A DNA stretch of 64,000 nucleotides, taken from assembly GCA_012295275.1 (NCBI GenBank), contig CM022665.1, positions 36,022,001 to 36,086,000 on the forward strand. The letters are read 5' to 3'. This stretch comes from Chrysomallon squamiferum (Eukaryota > Animalia > Mollusca). Positions within the stretch are counted from its first letter, which is position 1; every line of letters begins with the position of its first letter. The position numbers and the translations under genes were made by a program. Under the pieces are notes generated by a model. The model was not told the DNA's origin and ran no database searches. It saw only the letters and a list, made by a program, of their open reading frames with translations. Of this stretch, positions 25,742 to 39,515 are shown in pieces.

Positions 25742-25987
25742 ATTAACTGAAAATGTTATGTAATGTTTCATTGAAAGATCAATATTTTGCCTGACTGAGT
25801 ATAAGCTATTTAAAATCATTTGATTATTATGTGGGTATAGAATTAATTGATTTTTATATTTTTTAATTTGTTTCAGAAAATATTTATTAAGTTGGGCTAT
25901 ATTTTATTTTGAAACTTATTTGAAATACTTTTATCCATTGCTAGTTTCTAATTTTTAAAACAAACCTTTCCCTTCAAAATACCTGAA

Positions 25988-26041
<54 letters not shown>

Positions 26042-26099
26042 AGTCTATCTATATATATAAATAAATAAATAAATAATTTAATTAATTAATTATAATAAA

Positions 26100-26148
26100 A
26101 TCAAACAAAAATCAAACAAACAAGACAAAGAGTCAAAAATAATTTATT
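26100..26148 (-). terminator. Candidate distal poly(A) site for PLD
   Basis: AATAAA (26148-26143, - strand) followed by a strongly T/GT-rich tract; lies where CpG depletion ends. Confidence 0.35.
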
Positions 26149-29100
26149 TTGGTCATGGAACAAAAAACAAGGAAAAGTGTCCAAGGTCTCATAAAATCAT
26201 ACTTTGGAATACAATAATTGTAATGGTAACAAACACACATTATTTTGGTAAAAACCCCATTATGTTACATTAAGCTCAGTGACTTTGTTAACACATGCCC
26301 TATGACTGTGATACAAAAAAAAAACCAGAAAAGAAAACAGTATGCCAATCCTTGAATAACATATTTTGTTAGTTGAGCATTTTTGTTACTGCTGTGTAAC
26401 AAAGTAAGCTACTAGGGGAATGCATTTACCCCCCCACCCCCAGAAAACCCCTCAAAAAACCCCAACGAAATGTTTTACAAAAAAAACAATAATAATAATA
26501 AAAAACACAAAATAACGATAAATAAATAAATACCAATGAATACCAATATATTATAAAAATAATAATAAATAAATAAATAAAACAAAAAATGAGAGAAAAC
26601 AGTTAAGAAATTATAAAATTCTGCATAATTCGGCAGAGTGTCATTACTACCATGTATATTCAATGATATTACATGTATATTTAATGTTTAATGTAAACAT
26701 ACATTGATACATTTAATTAATTAAATGTGACAATCTTATAAACAGCTGCCTGTCAGCATTTAGTCACAAGATGCATTAATGAGATCCACTTCTAAACATT
26801 GATTTTTATTTTTAATTTATTTAGACCAATAATAAATAAATAAATAAATATATATTATTGTTTTAATTATCTGTTTCTTCATGTATTATGGAAATTTTAA
26901 CAAAGAAATTTTAACAAAGAAATTTTAACAATAATTCTACAGTATCTACTTCAAATAATAGTTACAACTTAGATTTGCAAATTCTCAAATGGAGTAAGTA
27001 AAAATTAAAATAATGTTGAAAGTCAGTCTTCATCATTTGGATTTGGATTAAAATGTATACAAAAAAATCTATAAATTTATTATTATTATTCATTGTATTA
27101 TTATTATTTTGTTTTAAATAAACAAATGATTCACTTTATTAATGGAAGAAAGTCAATATTCCTAAACAGGTTTACAAGATATTCCTATAGAATAAATAAA
27201 AATAATAGAAGTAATGGAAAAAAAGACAGTTTACTAAACTTTTTATTTAAAAAAACATTAAAAAATCCTAAACACCTCAAACGAAAAACAAAACCAAAAA
27301 ACAAAACCATTTTTTTTTTTGGACTTAGGGAATAAACACTGGGCAGCTGACTAAAAGAATAATAATAATAATAATAATAATAAATTCAATTAAACAGTAA
27401 CTCTAGATCCATTATGCTGTTAAGACACTTTCTGATACATTAATTACATTAAGGACTTTTTGCATGTAACCATCTATAAAAATTGCATAGCAGAAATACA
27501 ATGTATTTAAGTACATATTTAAAAAAAAAAAAATTCCACGTGAATGTCTTTTATATCTGTGTGAAAAAAATAAAAATAAATAAATAAAAATCCCGAAGAA
27601 AAAAGCCATTAAAAAAACACAGCAAAATTTAATATTTACAATATTTTTCACTAAAAAACAGTTCAAGAAAAAGAGTGAAATCTGTCAAACATGCCAGAAT
27701 TAAAAACCGAGATTACACGTAGCTTTTAGTATCTACACAAGTGACAACATGTTTGTTTTACATTTAATATTTAAATGGAATATATTTTACAAAAGAGAAT
27801 TTACATTTTCATTTATAGTCTTTTATGTAAAGGAATGGTCATGAATTTATTTGTTGTTTTTTTAGAAAAAAGAAAAAAAAGAAAGAAAACAAAATATAAA
27901 TTTATGTTTTGAGATCATATAGCTATGTAATGAACATAAAGTATCTAATTAAATAAACGTACCTTGTGACAGATAATATTCTACATAAGTATGTGTGTAA
28001 AACCTTGCACAATCCATACACATTTTTTTTTAAAAATCCACCAAATTAAAATGATTAAATAAAATAAATTTCCATCTAATAATTTAAAACTGATTAAACC
28101 AGCAAAATCAAATTAAAATATTTATATTGGATTGATAAGATACGTACAAACAAATGTTATGTATTAATATTATGTATTAGACTAGTGGAAATTGCACACA
28201 AACAATGCATTAAAAATAACAAACCATATTAGTATTTATACGGATATATCATAAAGGAACTGTGTGGAAATTCAAGTATTCATGAAATATTAATGCTTTT
28301 ATAAAATCTCTTAAGACCAGTGTAGACTTAAGACTGGTGTATGTATTTGTGTGCATAAATATTTATTTATGTATATAAATTATGTATAAGGATTTTTATT
28401 CTTTTATATATGAATAAAATTATTAAATATAAAGGGAGAATTCAACAGTTTTCAAATTTTAAACTGTTCATTAATATAATTTTTACAAGTGATCATATTA
28501 TAAAAAAAATGGTATAATTTATACTACAAATTATTATAATGAATGGTTTGGTGAACTGTATACAACAACATATTAAAAAGATACCAAATTTCCATTTTCT
28601 ATCTTTGTTCAGGACCTGTTACGAACTTTATTTTTTTAATTTGGTAAAATATTCAGATGAAAACTAGCTGTACACAATGTAAAGAAGACACAAATCAAGA
28701 ATAGATGTTTGTTAATTTACAGTTATAATATATTGTATCTTTCGCTGGACTGCAACCATTAACAGTATTATCACCATGCTTGTTAATCATTCTTATATAC
28801 AGACTTTACTATTAACTCTTTGTAACCAGAACTAGAATTCGTTGTAAAGCTAATACTGTATACATATTAATAATTACAAAAACAAAACACAATCCAAAAA
28901 TGTATTTTTACACAGAGTATACAAATGTTATTAATTCTAATGGTAATATATACATTAAAAAAACATAATAATAATTAAAAAAATAAATAAATAAAGGAGA
29001 GGAGAAAAAATAAAAGTTCTACTGCATGATCTAGATAAATATAATCTACATCTAGAAATATAATTAAATCTTAATTTGTATTATTCTGGTTTCAAATAGA

Positions 29101-30353
29101 TCTGAAATTACAAATATCATATCAAAATTTTTAAAAACAGTTAACATATATTTATCTGTTTATATATACCAGTTTAATGGTGCACACCAATAATCCTGTT
29201 TATTAATAACCACAATATACATAGCAAAAAACTTACATTGATACATTTCATCCTAATTTTTTTGAACATTCAAATATATATGTCTATATATTTCTTGTAA
29301 ATAATTTGTCTGTTTTACACACATTCATTTCCATTTTAAATTATGTATGTTTATACTAATATTTTAAACATTTTTTTATAAATAATATAATCTGTTTATA
29401 AAGAGTAAATATTCTTTCAAACATTCAATTTTCTTAAATATGTTCCACATAACTGTAAAGAGTATATTGAGTCAATATATTTTAAACATTCATTTACCAT
29501 ATACATTTATATTTTAATTTTATGTAAATAATATATTAGTTTTATATTCAATTCCTATGTTTCAAATACTCGGTTACAATAATTTTATATAGAAAGATAT
29601 ATATAAAATTATTATATATGTTCTTATTTCTTATAAAGAATAGGTACCTTCTGTCAGCATATTTCATTTACCAGACAAAAATTAGTTTTTACTGTTGCTT
29701 CTTGTTGTACATTCAGTCAATACGTTTCAATTACTCAGTCAACTATAAATAACTGATTATATTCACATAATATTATTTCTTACAAATGTCAGGTTTTCTT
29801 TCACTGAGTTCATTTCAAACATTCAGTTATTTCACTAAGCTTCAAACTACAGTATTTTGCAACATGTGAAGAAACTACAAAATGAGAACAGACATTTAGG
29901 CTCTTTGACTGTGTAAAACAATAAATCCGAATCAGTTAGTTTTTTTGTATTACTGAAAATAGAAACCAACAAAATAAAAACAATTCTGAGGCAGATTTAC
30001 TGATCCAAGAGTAAGAATAAGCTAAAATTGACTGACTGTGTCTCCACAGAAAGATTTAACTCAACACAAATAATTGGTTCTACTTGCTGGATAAAAATAA
30101 AGTGCTTTTATCATACATGTATTATGCTTTCAATATATTTCTGATCTGATGTCTATTATCTTCATTGAAGATTATACAAGAAATACTAAATGTAGCACCA
30201 AACCAAATACTGTCCTGAATCTAAGAAAAAAAAACAAAAAACCACCAAAATCAGCACTTTAACTCAGCATATCCATGCTCAGTGCATAAATAAATAAATA
30301 AATAAATAAATAAATATATACACATATATATATTTTAATTAATTACCTTTTCC

Positions 30354-30386
<33 letters not shown>

Positions 30387-31589
30387 TTTAAAATTAGATA
30401 TCCAAATTAAAAGCAAGTTAATACATGAATAATCTAAAATTAATTAGTTTTTTATAAATTTGCTGACTCAAAAAATTGCTAAATAATATTAAGATGATGA
30501 TGTTTAAAAGTTTCTTTGATAACAGTTATTAAAATAAACAATAAATATAATACATGTGTGGAATTAGTATAAAGCATTTAAAACTAAAATGAACACATAC
30601 ACACACACAGATATAAATTAAAATTGTGTGATTTTCTCATATGAAACATTAAAATGAATTTCTGTTTATAATAAATTAACTCTCATTAATTTGTAAATAG
30701 CTTATGAAATATAAATATAAGTACATGATATATTATTTAATAAGTATAATTTTAAAATATATTAATTAGATTTGTAACAACAATCCATAGATAATAAAAC
30801 CCAGCAAATGCATCTAAGACCTGAGATATTAAGAAAAAATAACCATATACAAATATGCTTAAAATTCTTTGCCAATGTAAGTAATAATTTCTTATAAAAC
30901 AACACTAAGTTAAATTATTTACATCTAAAAATAAGCATTCGGATAAAATTTTGTCTTTATAAAATGCATTCCTATGTAAAACATTCTTAAACTGCCAGTT
31001 TAAAATGCAAAAATCGTATAATTATATTTAAGTCAACAAGAATGTTTTATTGATAATTAAATTAAGTAAATTCTATTTATTAAATTCTGTTAAAAACTTA
31101 ATTTAAGTTTTTGAAGAAGTCTATATAATATTATTAACTATAGTAGTAGTAGTTTTAGTAGTAATAATAATAATAATAAAAGGTTAACAAAAATAAAATA
31201 TAAAGCTTTCTCAAACACATTATTATAATTTGTTATTCTATTTCTTTTAAAAACACACACATGCATTCATGTTGCCACACACATATGCATGCAGTCACAA
31301 ACATATACAGGAGCCCATATATTGTTTGTGAGAATGCATTGCATTATGATTTTTGTTAATAAAAAATTGTTCTAAATTGCAAATATGCAATAAAATTTAC
31401 CCTCACATCATCTGAGAGATGTGTCTTAAGAAAAAAAGAAACATAAAAAAATAATATAAATAATAATAATAATAAAATAAATAAATTAATACTAGAATAA
31501 AACTTAAATCTGAATTGTGATAAAAATAAAATATTATAAAATATTCACAGTATCAATCTACATTCATAAACATCAGCATTGTCTTTAAA

Positions 31590-31814
31590 TTAAGTCCAAA
31601 TATATGATGGAAGAATTGCTTCCTTGGCACCCAGTTTTGGAGCAAGATTTTCATCCTTGAGAAAGTGAAGTGGCAGCAACACAAGACGACCAGTGATTTT
31701 AGAAAGACATTCTCTTGCTTGATGAATATCAGTGTCGACAAGGGCTTTCTCTGACTGGTAATGTTTCAAATCTGAGTATGTGTGTACACTGTCGTTTGGA
31801 ATGCAATGGAAGAC
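31590..31814 (-). CDS. PLD1: PLD exon 24 (terminal)
   Basis: VFHCIPND...[16 protein letters not shown]...PSYIWT*. Confidence 0.96.
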   Translation of the reverse strand, partial: VFHCIPNDSVHTYSDLKHYQSEKALVDTDIHQARECLSKITGRLVLLPLHFLKDENLAPKLGAKEAILPSYIWT

Positions 31815-33504
31815 CTGAAAGATAAAGTTAGTGCAAAGGTTAATTATTCAATTTATAATAAACAGTGTTGATAAATGGTTATATTACCAAAAATATTAGA
31901 TATTAAAACTTTACAAAGTTTGAATATGTCAAAAAACAAATTAGAATAAAATAAAATGAAAACATGAATAATGATGATGATGATGATGATAATAATAAAG
32001 GTAATAGTTACTACTGAGAATAACAATGTCAGTAAGTAATAATGGATAACAATGCAAAAAATAACATTATTGTAGTAACAGTAAAAATAACAACAGCAAC
32101 TAAATAAAATTACTAAAAAAAAGTTAAAAACAAAAGAAAAAGAAAATGATAAGTATAAAGATATGACAGCATGTCTAAATTAATTTTCTTCACTTCAAAT
32201 TATTTCTGAGTCATTATAGTTTAAATTATTTTATAATATAATAGAAAAGATTAACTAGCGTGTACCTTATCATACATTGTAGTGTTGGTTGCAGCCTGTT
32301 TGATCCAAACATCTTTGTAGAATTCATCACAGACAATATCAGCAATATTTACATGATTATCTTTGAATCCTAAATGTTCTCTGTCAAAAAATTAAATCAA
32401 TGTGAGAAACATTATAAAGGACAGAGGGTAAGATATCTGATTGGAAATTAAAAGCATGGCAGATAAAAATATTAACAAATATTGAAACAGATTTGGTATG
32501 TTTTTCTGCTTTCACTGCAAAATAAGAATGAGTTCTCCGAACACAGAATATGACATTTTGAATCTTTCTGCAGATAAGGCTACAACAATTACTGGCATTC
32601 ACACACCAGACACACTGATTTAGTGGTGTTTTTTATACTAACTTGGATTTCCAAATAAGTTTCTAACAAAAATAATTTAATATCTATATATATATATAAA
32701 ATCATATTTATTTTGACTAATTCAACATAATTATTAGGGTTTATTTCACATTTCATATTACTTATTTTCAGAATTCATTTATGCTCTTTTAATTAATTCA
32801 GAAGTAAATAACCAAACACTCTTTTAAGATCTAAACCAGCAATTAAACACTATATGTATGTAAATGTATATATATATATATATATATATATGTAAATGAA
32901 TAACTAATTTATCAAAGTAAATATAGTTTTAACTCAAAAAACTATGTTGTTGGTTAGTGCCTGAAAAAAACTGAAATTTCTCTAGTCAAAATATCTTGTC
33001 ACTACAGAGTGATTGCATAATAAATATATCCACACACACATATACATATATATAAAAAATTAAAAATAATATTTTTTTTTTAAAAAGGAACAATGAAAAT
33101 ACAATTATGAAATAAATAAATAAAAAAAATAACTGAAAGAACAAAATAAAAATTAAGTACTTGAAAATAGTTCTTCTGAGGGATGAGGCAAACTTGCCAG
33201 CCATGTGAATATTTCCACAAATCCTCACTGGAAACTTGTTCTCCTGTTGATCTTCAACCAGTATGGCTATCTCACTGTCGCGTTTTCCCAGCAAGCTCCG
33301 GTCGTTGATGTTGGCTGAACCAATGATGACTGTGTCATCATCCACTATCATCATCTTGCTGTGTACATAGATCAGTTCAGTGATCTAGGAAACATAAAAT
33401 CATTTGCAGAAATGTTTAAAATTGAGAATATGACTTTTCATTTAATATGGAATGTGCAGCAAAAAAATAAAAATAAAAATAAAAATGTATATACAAATAC
33501 AAAT

Positions 33505-33535
<31 letters not shown>

Positions 33536-36500
33536 ATAAAAATATAATAAAATATTAAAATAAACAAAAACAAAAAAATAATAAAAAACAAATATATAAT
33601 TTTTTTTATTTTTTTACAAAAACAATGATAAATAAAAACAAAGTAGAAGGTAAGTAACTGAACTTAATATTTTTGATAAAATAAAATAAAAATACAAATA
33701 TTTCTGTTTTAATTACTGTGAATCATCTTTCTTCTTAAAAACAAATGTAATAAAAATATTAACAAATATCAAAACAAATATTGTTAAACTTACCGGTTTC
33801 CCTGCAAGTTCTGAATGAGTTCTCAGTCCACAGAATATCACATACTTCATTGGATCAGGCACTGCAATTAAATACATCAATGTTAATTATCAATAATGAG
33901 AGCAGATGTATAGATCACAAATATTATAGTAAAGTTTTCAGTTATAATTTCATTGTAAGGTTCTCACACTAAAAATAATGCCAAAGTTAAATGAAATAAG
34001 AATAATCTGAGAAACATAATCACTTGTTAAACAAGTTTAGTTATTTATTTATTTATATATTTTATTAATTAATAATATAATCACAACAGCCGTTGATAAA
34101 TAGGCTGCAGTTCACAATTTTCAACTTGTATATACACAAGGATTCTGTCTTTTATCATAGCAGAATCTAACTATAAACCAGCTAGAAACTCCATTGTAAA
34201 AATTACAGAATCCTTTAATGGGTTAAATTAATAATAAAAAAAATAAAAAAACAAAAACAACAATAATAATAGTAATAATAATAATATCAATAATCATAAT
34301 TGTAACCATAATAAGGACATATATCAGTATTTCTATTAATATAAACACTACTATTAATAATGAACCATATTTTGAATTTCAATTTGCCTATGAAAATATT
34401 TATAAATTCACTCTTTCTAAAACTATTTCAAAATGCTCCTTTTAAATTCTTTACCTTCCAGTGACAGCTTTTCAATCAGAGAGCTGCCTCCCCTGCAGAT
34501 GGAAGAATAGTTCCAGTGAGTGACAGCAGCTAATGCTGTTCCTGTTGCTGTTCCAAATTCACCCTCAAATGCTGGCAGCAAAGGCATCACAATGTAAACC
34601 CGAAATAATTCTTTCTTTCTAATAAAAAAAAAATAATATAAAAAAAATCTCAGGTTATTTAAACAACATTTAAATTCTATAAATTATTTTAAAAAATGTT
34701 ATGGTTGGCTTTTGATTATATTGAAACATATTACTGAAATGTAAACTCTTTTTCAATCAAGGAGAAAGTGTAAGAATATGTTAATTTTGTTTGTATACAT
34801 AATATTATTTGGAAAGGGGATGAAAAAAATACAGTGTATTTGTGTTTTGTCAGGTACAAAATCTTATTCTATTTTTATTTGTAAACAGATGAATATAAGA
34901 ACAAAAACATGACCACAGTGAAAACAATTATTTTACAAAGAATCTGTAAACATGAAAAACTGTGGTAAAATATTACATATTCAAAATTTAGAAATAATGA
35001 AAATGTAAAGAAAATAACAACAACAAAACAAAACAAATAAAACAAATAAATATATAACAGTAATAATCGTGACAATAATATATACAAAACAACGACACCA
35101 ACAATAGTAACAAAAACAACAACAAGAACAACGACAATAATAATAACAATAACAATAACAATAATAAATTCCTGGGAAGACAATGAATATTTATTAACTC
35201 ACTTGTGAGCAGTCAGTATTCTGTTGTAAAGTGCCTCCCCAACTTTGTTACTCACTGCAGTATTTGATCCTATTAGAGTAATGAAGAACTGGTTTTCTAT
35301 GTAGATGTAGTGTTTTGCTTTTTCAATGCAGTAGATGTATGCATCATGTATGGAAGCCTCAGTTGTACCAATACCAGCTGACCAACCTCCACTGCTTCGC
35401 AGTATCTGTAATAATTAATCTTTTTTAGTTATGTTAACTACAGACCTACACTTAAAAAAAAAAAATAAGAAAAAAAAAATTATATTTCAATATAATTATA
35501 ATTTCATTTAAATACCTAAAACAGAAAATAACTAAAAAATATACAACAGAAAAATAACACAAAAAAAAAATAAAAAAAAAAAAAAAAAAAAAATAAATAA
35601 ATAATAAGAAATTTAAAAAAACAAAACAAAACAGAACAACAAATAAAATAAAATAGAACAAAACAAATAATACTAATACTAAAATATAATGTTAAAAAAA
35701 AATTAGTATGTAAATAAAATAGAAAAAATAAAAAAATAAGAAAATGTGGACAATAATTATGAGTCTCCAGTGCCAAGATGTTTTCATCCCAATTTCACTG
35801 TGAACAGATTTTACATTTACTTTAAATTAGTTAAAAAACTAAAAATTACCTAAAATAAAGAAATTAACATTTTTTGAAAATTATTATTTTAAAATAAATA
35901 AATATGTTTGTATTCTACAATTTGTTGTCATTTCTGTTACAAAATCCATTTTATGATTAATCATTAAATTGAAAATTATAAAAACAACAATAACAAAACC
36001 AATTATGTCTGAGAAAAACAAATTCCAGACTAACAAACCTGAGTCTTCACTTCAAAGGTAATATTCTTAATTGCAGGTGGAACTTTGCAGCGTACATGGT
36101 TTTTTGGCATCAGCAATGGAAAATGTTTACTTTTCTTGAATTTTTCAAGCTGAAATAAATATATTTTTCATTTATATACTAAAGCAAAAGATGCATTACA
36201 TATTTAATAATAAATAATACATGATACATGCAGGTAGTCAGACATTCACAGTGAAAGAATTTATCAATTATGATTACTTATTAAAAGTATAACTTGATAT
36301 TAATTTGTAAAATATGCATATAATTAAATATCTGACAGGTAATACCTTATTATTATGTTCAAAACATCACAATGATTTTAATATTATTATTACAAGTAAA
36401 ACACACAAACACACACACACACACACACACACACGTTAAATATTACTATTATTGAAATATTTGCAAATTATAATTTATGTTTCTTTTTTATTGTTTATCA

Positions 36501-37140
36501 TTAAAATTAAAATGTATTGTTACTGTAAATAAAACACAGATATGTAATACTATCTAATTCAAATTGTCATAAATATATATATATTTTTTTAAATGTCAGT
36601 AAGCCAGTAATTTGCAAATTATATTTCAGTATTCTATGCATACCAATACACTACATAATATTATGTCACTATACAATAATAGTTTTATATTACAATGTTA
36701 TTAGTTTGATAATCATCAAAAGAAAAATAAGCCATATCTATAATCAAAATAAATAAATAAAATACAATTGTTTCTGTTAATAAACAAAATTAGTATTATT
36801 ATTTTTATTGTTATTATGATTCTTATTATTACTTTTATTAAAGTTCATTAATAATAAAATAAAATTAAGTCATGTTATCTTCCATATTTAAAAATGTATT
36901 AAACTTAGGATATTGCAGTTACTTAGAAAAGCAGATATATAATAAACTGTGTTATAAAATTACTGAATTCAAGGACTGAACAAAACAGATATAATATTTA
37001 TTTATTTTGAGTTTTTTTATAGTAGCTAATGAATAATTTAATTATATTTTGCTTTGTTAAAGTCATTTGATAACAGCCTGTAAAAGTTTCTTTCAGCAGA
37101 ATAAATAAATAAATAAATAATAGTAATAATAATCATAAAA

Positions 37141-37207
<67 letters not shown>

Positions 37208-37613
37208 TGCAGTTAATTAAATACATATATGTCAGCATGAATATCAACAGTTTATTTTTTTGTTAATAAAGCCAAGTCAAAATTATCTTTGCATTCTGGT
37301 GATATTAATAAATATGTTAAATATATTTGCAAGCTTATACATATGCATAAACAAAAGCACACACACACAGTAACACACACTCAAACAAACATACAGATGC
37401 TTGAATATAGATCACATAATTGATATACATGCACAGGCAGTAAAAATATATATATAAACACCAAATTTTATAATACAAGAAAAATGTATTTTATACATAC
37501 ACAAAGACTCATTCATTCATTTTGGTAATGTGAATAATCTAATGTAATCCAGAAATTAGGGTTTCAAACACATAATAATTCATATATCTTCTTTTAGTTG
37601 ATAATTAAGACAA

Positions 37614-37669
<56 letters not shown>

Positions 37670-39484
37670 CATAATGTATAAAGATGCCTTTCAGTTGCTG
37701 TACTGAGAACAGTTTATTATGTAATTTAAGTCAAATTTCTACTTAATATTTTATTTCTTTGTTCATTTGTGGGTAAAATGTAAAAATAAAAACAAGAAAT
37801 AAAGTATTTGTATTATGAAACCAAGTTCTGTTTGTCTTTTATAGTATGTTTCTATTTATTATTTCAGCCAAAGTTACTGATAGAAAAACAAAAAAATAAA
37901 TATAAAAATAACAGAATACAAACAGAAAATGTTGGTGCATGTTTTGTCCAAAACCTCCAAAAATACAAGCAAAACAATAGGTAAAATTATCTAAATATAA
38001 AAAATAAAAAAATAAAAATAAATATTTGACACCGAAAACAAGTTTGGTAACAATCAAAAAGTAAAAATTGTAACTGAAGATGAAACACACAGTAGCAAAC
38101 CTAAGCCATAAACATTATTATAATTATATTCACCAATTCCATTCAAATTAATGCAGCAGTGAATTACAGTGGGATAACAATAAATAAATAAAATAAAAAT
38201 AAATAAAGTAATAAATAAAGAAATTAATAATATTAAAAAATTATAAAATAAATAAATAAAATAATGAATAAATAAATAATAGTAAAAATAATAATAACAA
38301 CAACCATAATAATAATAATGATGATGATAACTCTAAAAATATAATAGTAATAATAATAATAATAATTTAAAAAAAGGTAAAAGAAGTAAAGCATAGGAAA
38401 TCTCACGTTAGCTGTTATGTTTTTAGCAAGCGCTATGGCAAACATTCTTCTGAAGCAGTTAATAATGAAAAGTATAAGATGCAGAAACTTGTGAGGAGAG
38501 TGGTATCTTTGTGACGTGCTCAGTCGTAGATCAGAGCGCATTTCAAAACTACCTTTGTAAAGTTCCATCGTGCTATGAAGTGGCGAGCTACATCGCGAGC
38601 TCCCTTCCCGTACACGACTGTGCCGATGTCATGCCACGGCATACGTGGGTACTTTGATCGATCAATAAAATCTGTTTTAAAAAGTCAAAACCTAAACAAC
38701 AACAACAACAACAACAAAAAAGAAAAGAAAAAAGAAGAAACGAGACATGCTTCTAATATGGACATGCAGTACTAAAATGCTGCAACTGATTAACATGGAA
38801 CTACAAAAACATTAACTATGGATTTAAAGTCTATATTTGATGGCACAAAAGGGATAATCTAGTCTTTGCTGATAATTAGGTGTGGCAAAATAGTAAGTTG
38901 TCCCACTTATTATTTCATTATATATATGTATAGAAATACAAAAACAAAATCCTTAAAAGACACGATTTCAAAAAACAAAACTGAAATGTATTATTACTAT
39001 TATTATTGCTACTGCTATTATTATTATTATTATTATTATTAATTAATTAATTAATTTAATTTTTAATTTTAGTTTTAATATATATAGTAATTAATTTAAA
39101 AATAATAAAATAATCTAAATAATATTTTTCTTTAAAAAGAAAACACAATTTCACAGGGATCCTGATGCACTAAGATAACAGCATAACATGAAAACACAAT
39201 ACTGATCATTTCACTTTCAAAGCTGACTTGTCGAAAACATTGTTTTCATTATTAGCCATTTTTATTATTACTGAAACAGCTGTTTAAATCATTACAGACA
39301 AAAATAAATTGATCACAAATATTTTACAGAGTAATTGATAAGTAGAACAAATTAAATAACAGAATCATAACAATACAACAACAGGTGAAATTTATTTATG
39401 GGAAATAAAATTATTTAAGCAAATGTATACAGGTTGCACCAAATAGGATAAAAATTAACCATTTATTTCATAACAATAAAAATC

Positions 39485-39515
<31 letters not shown>

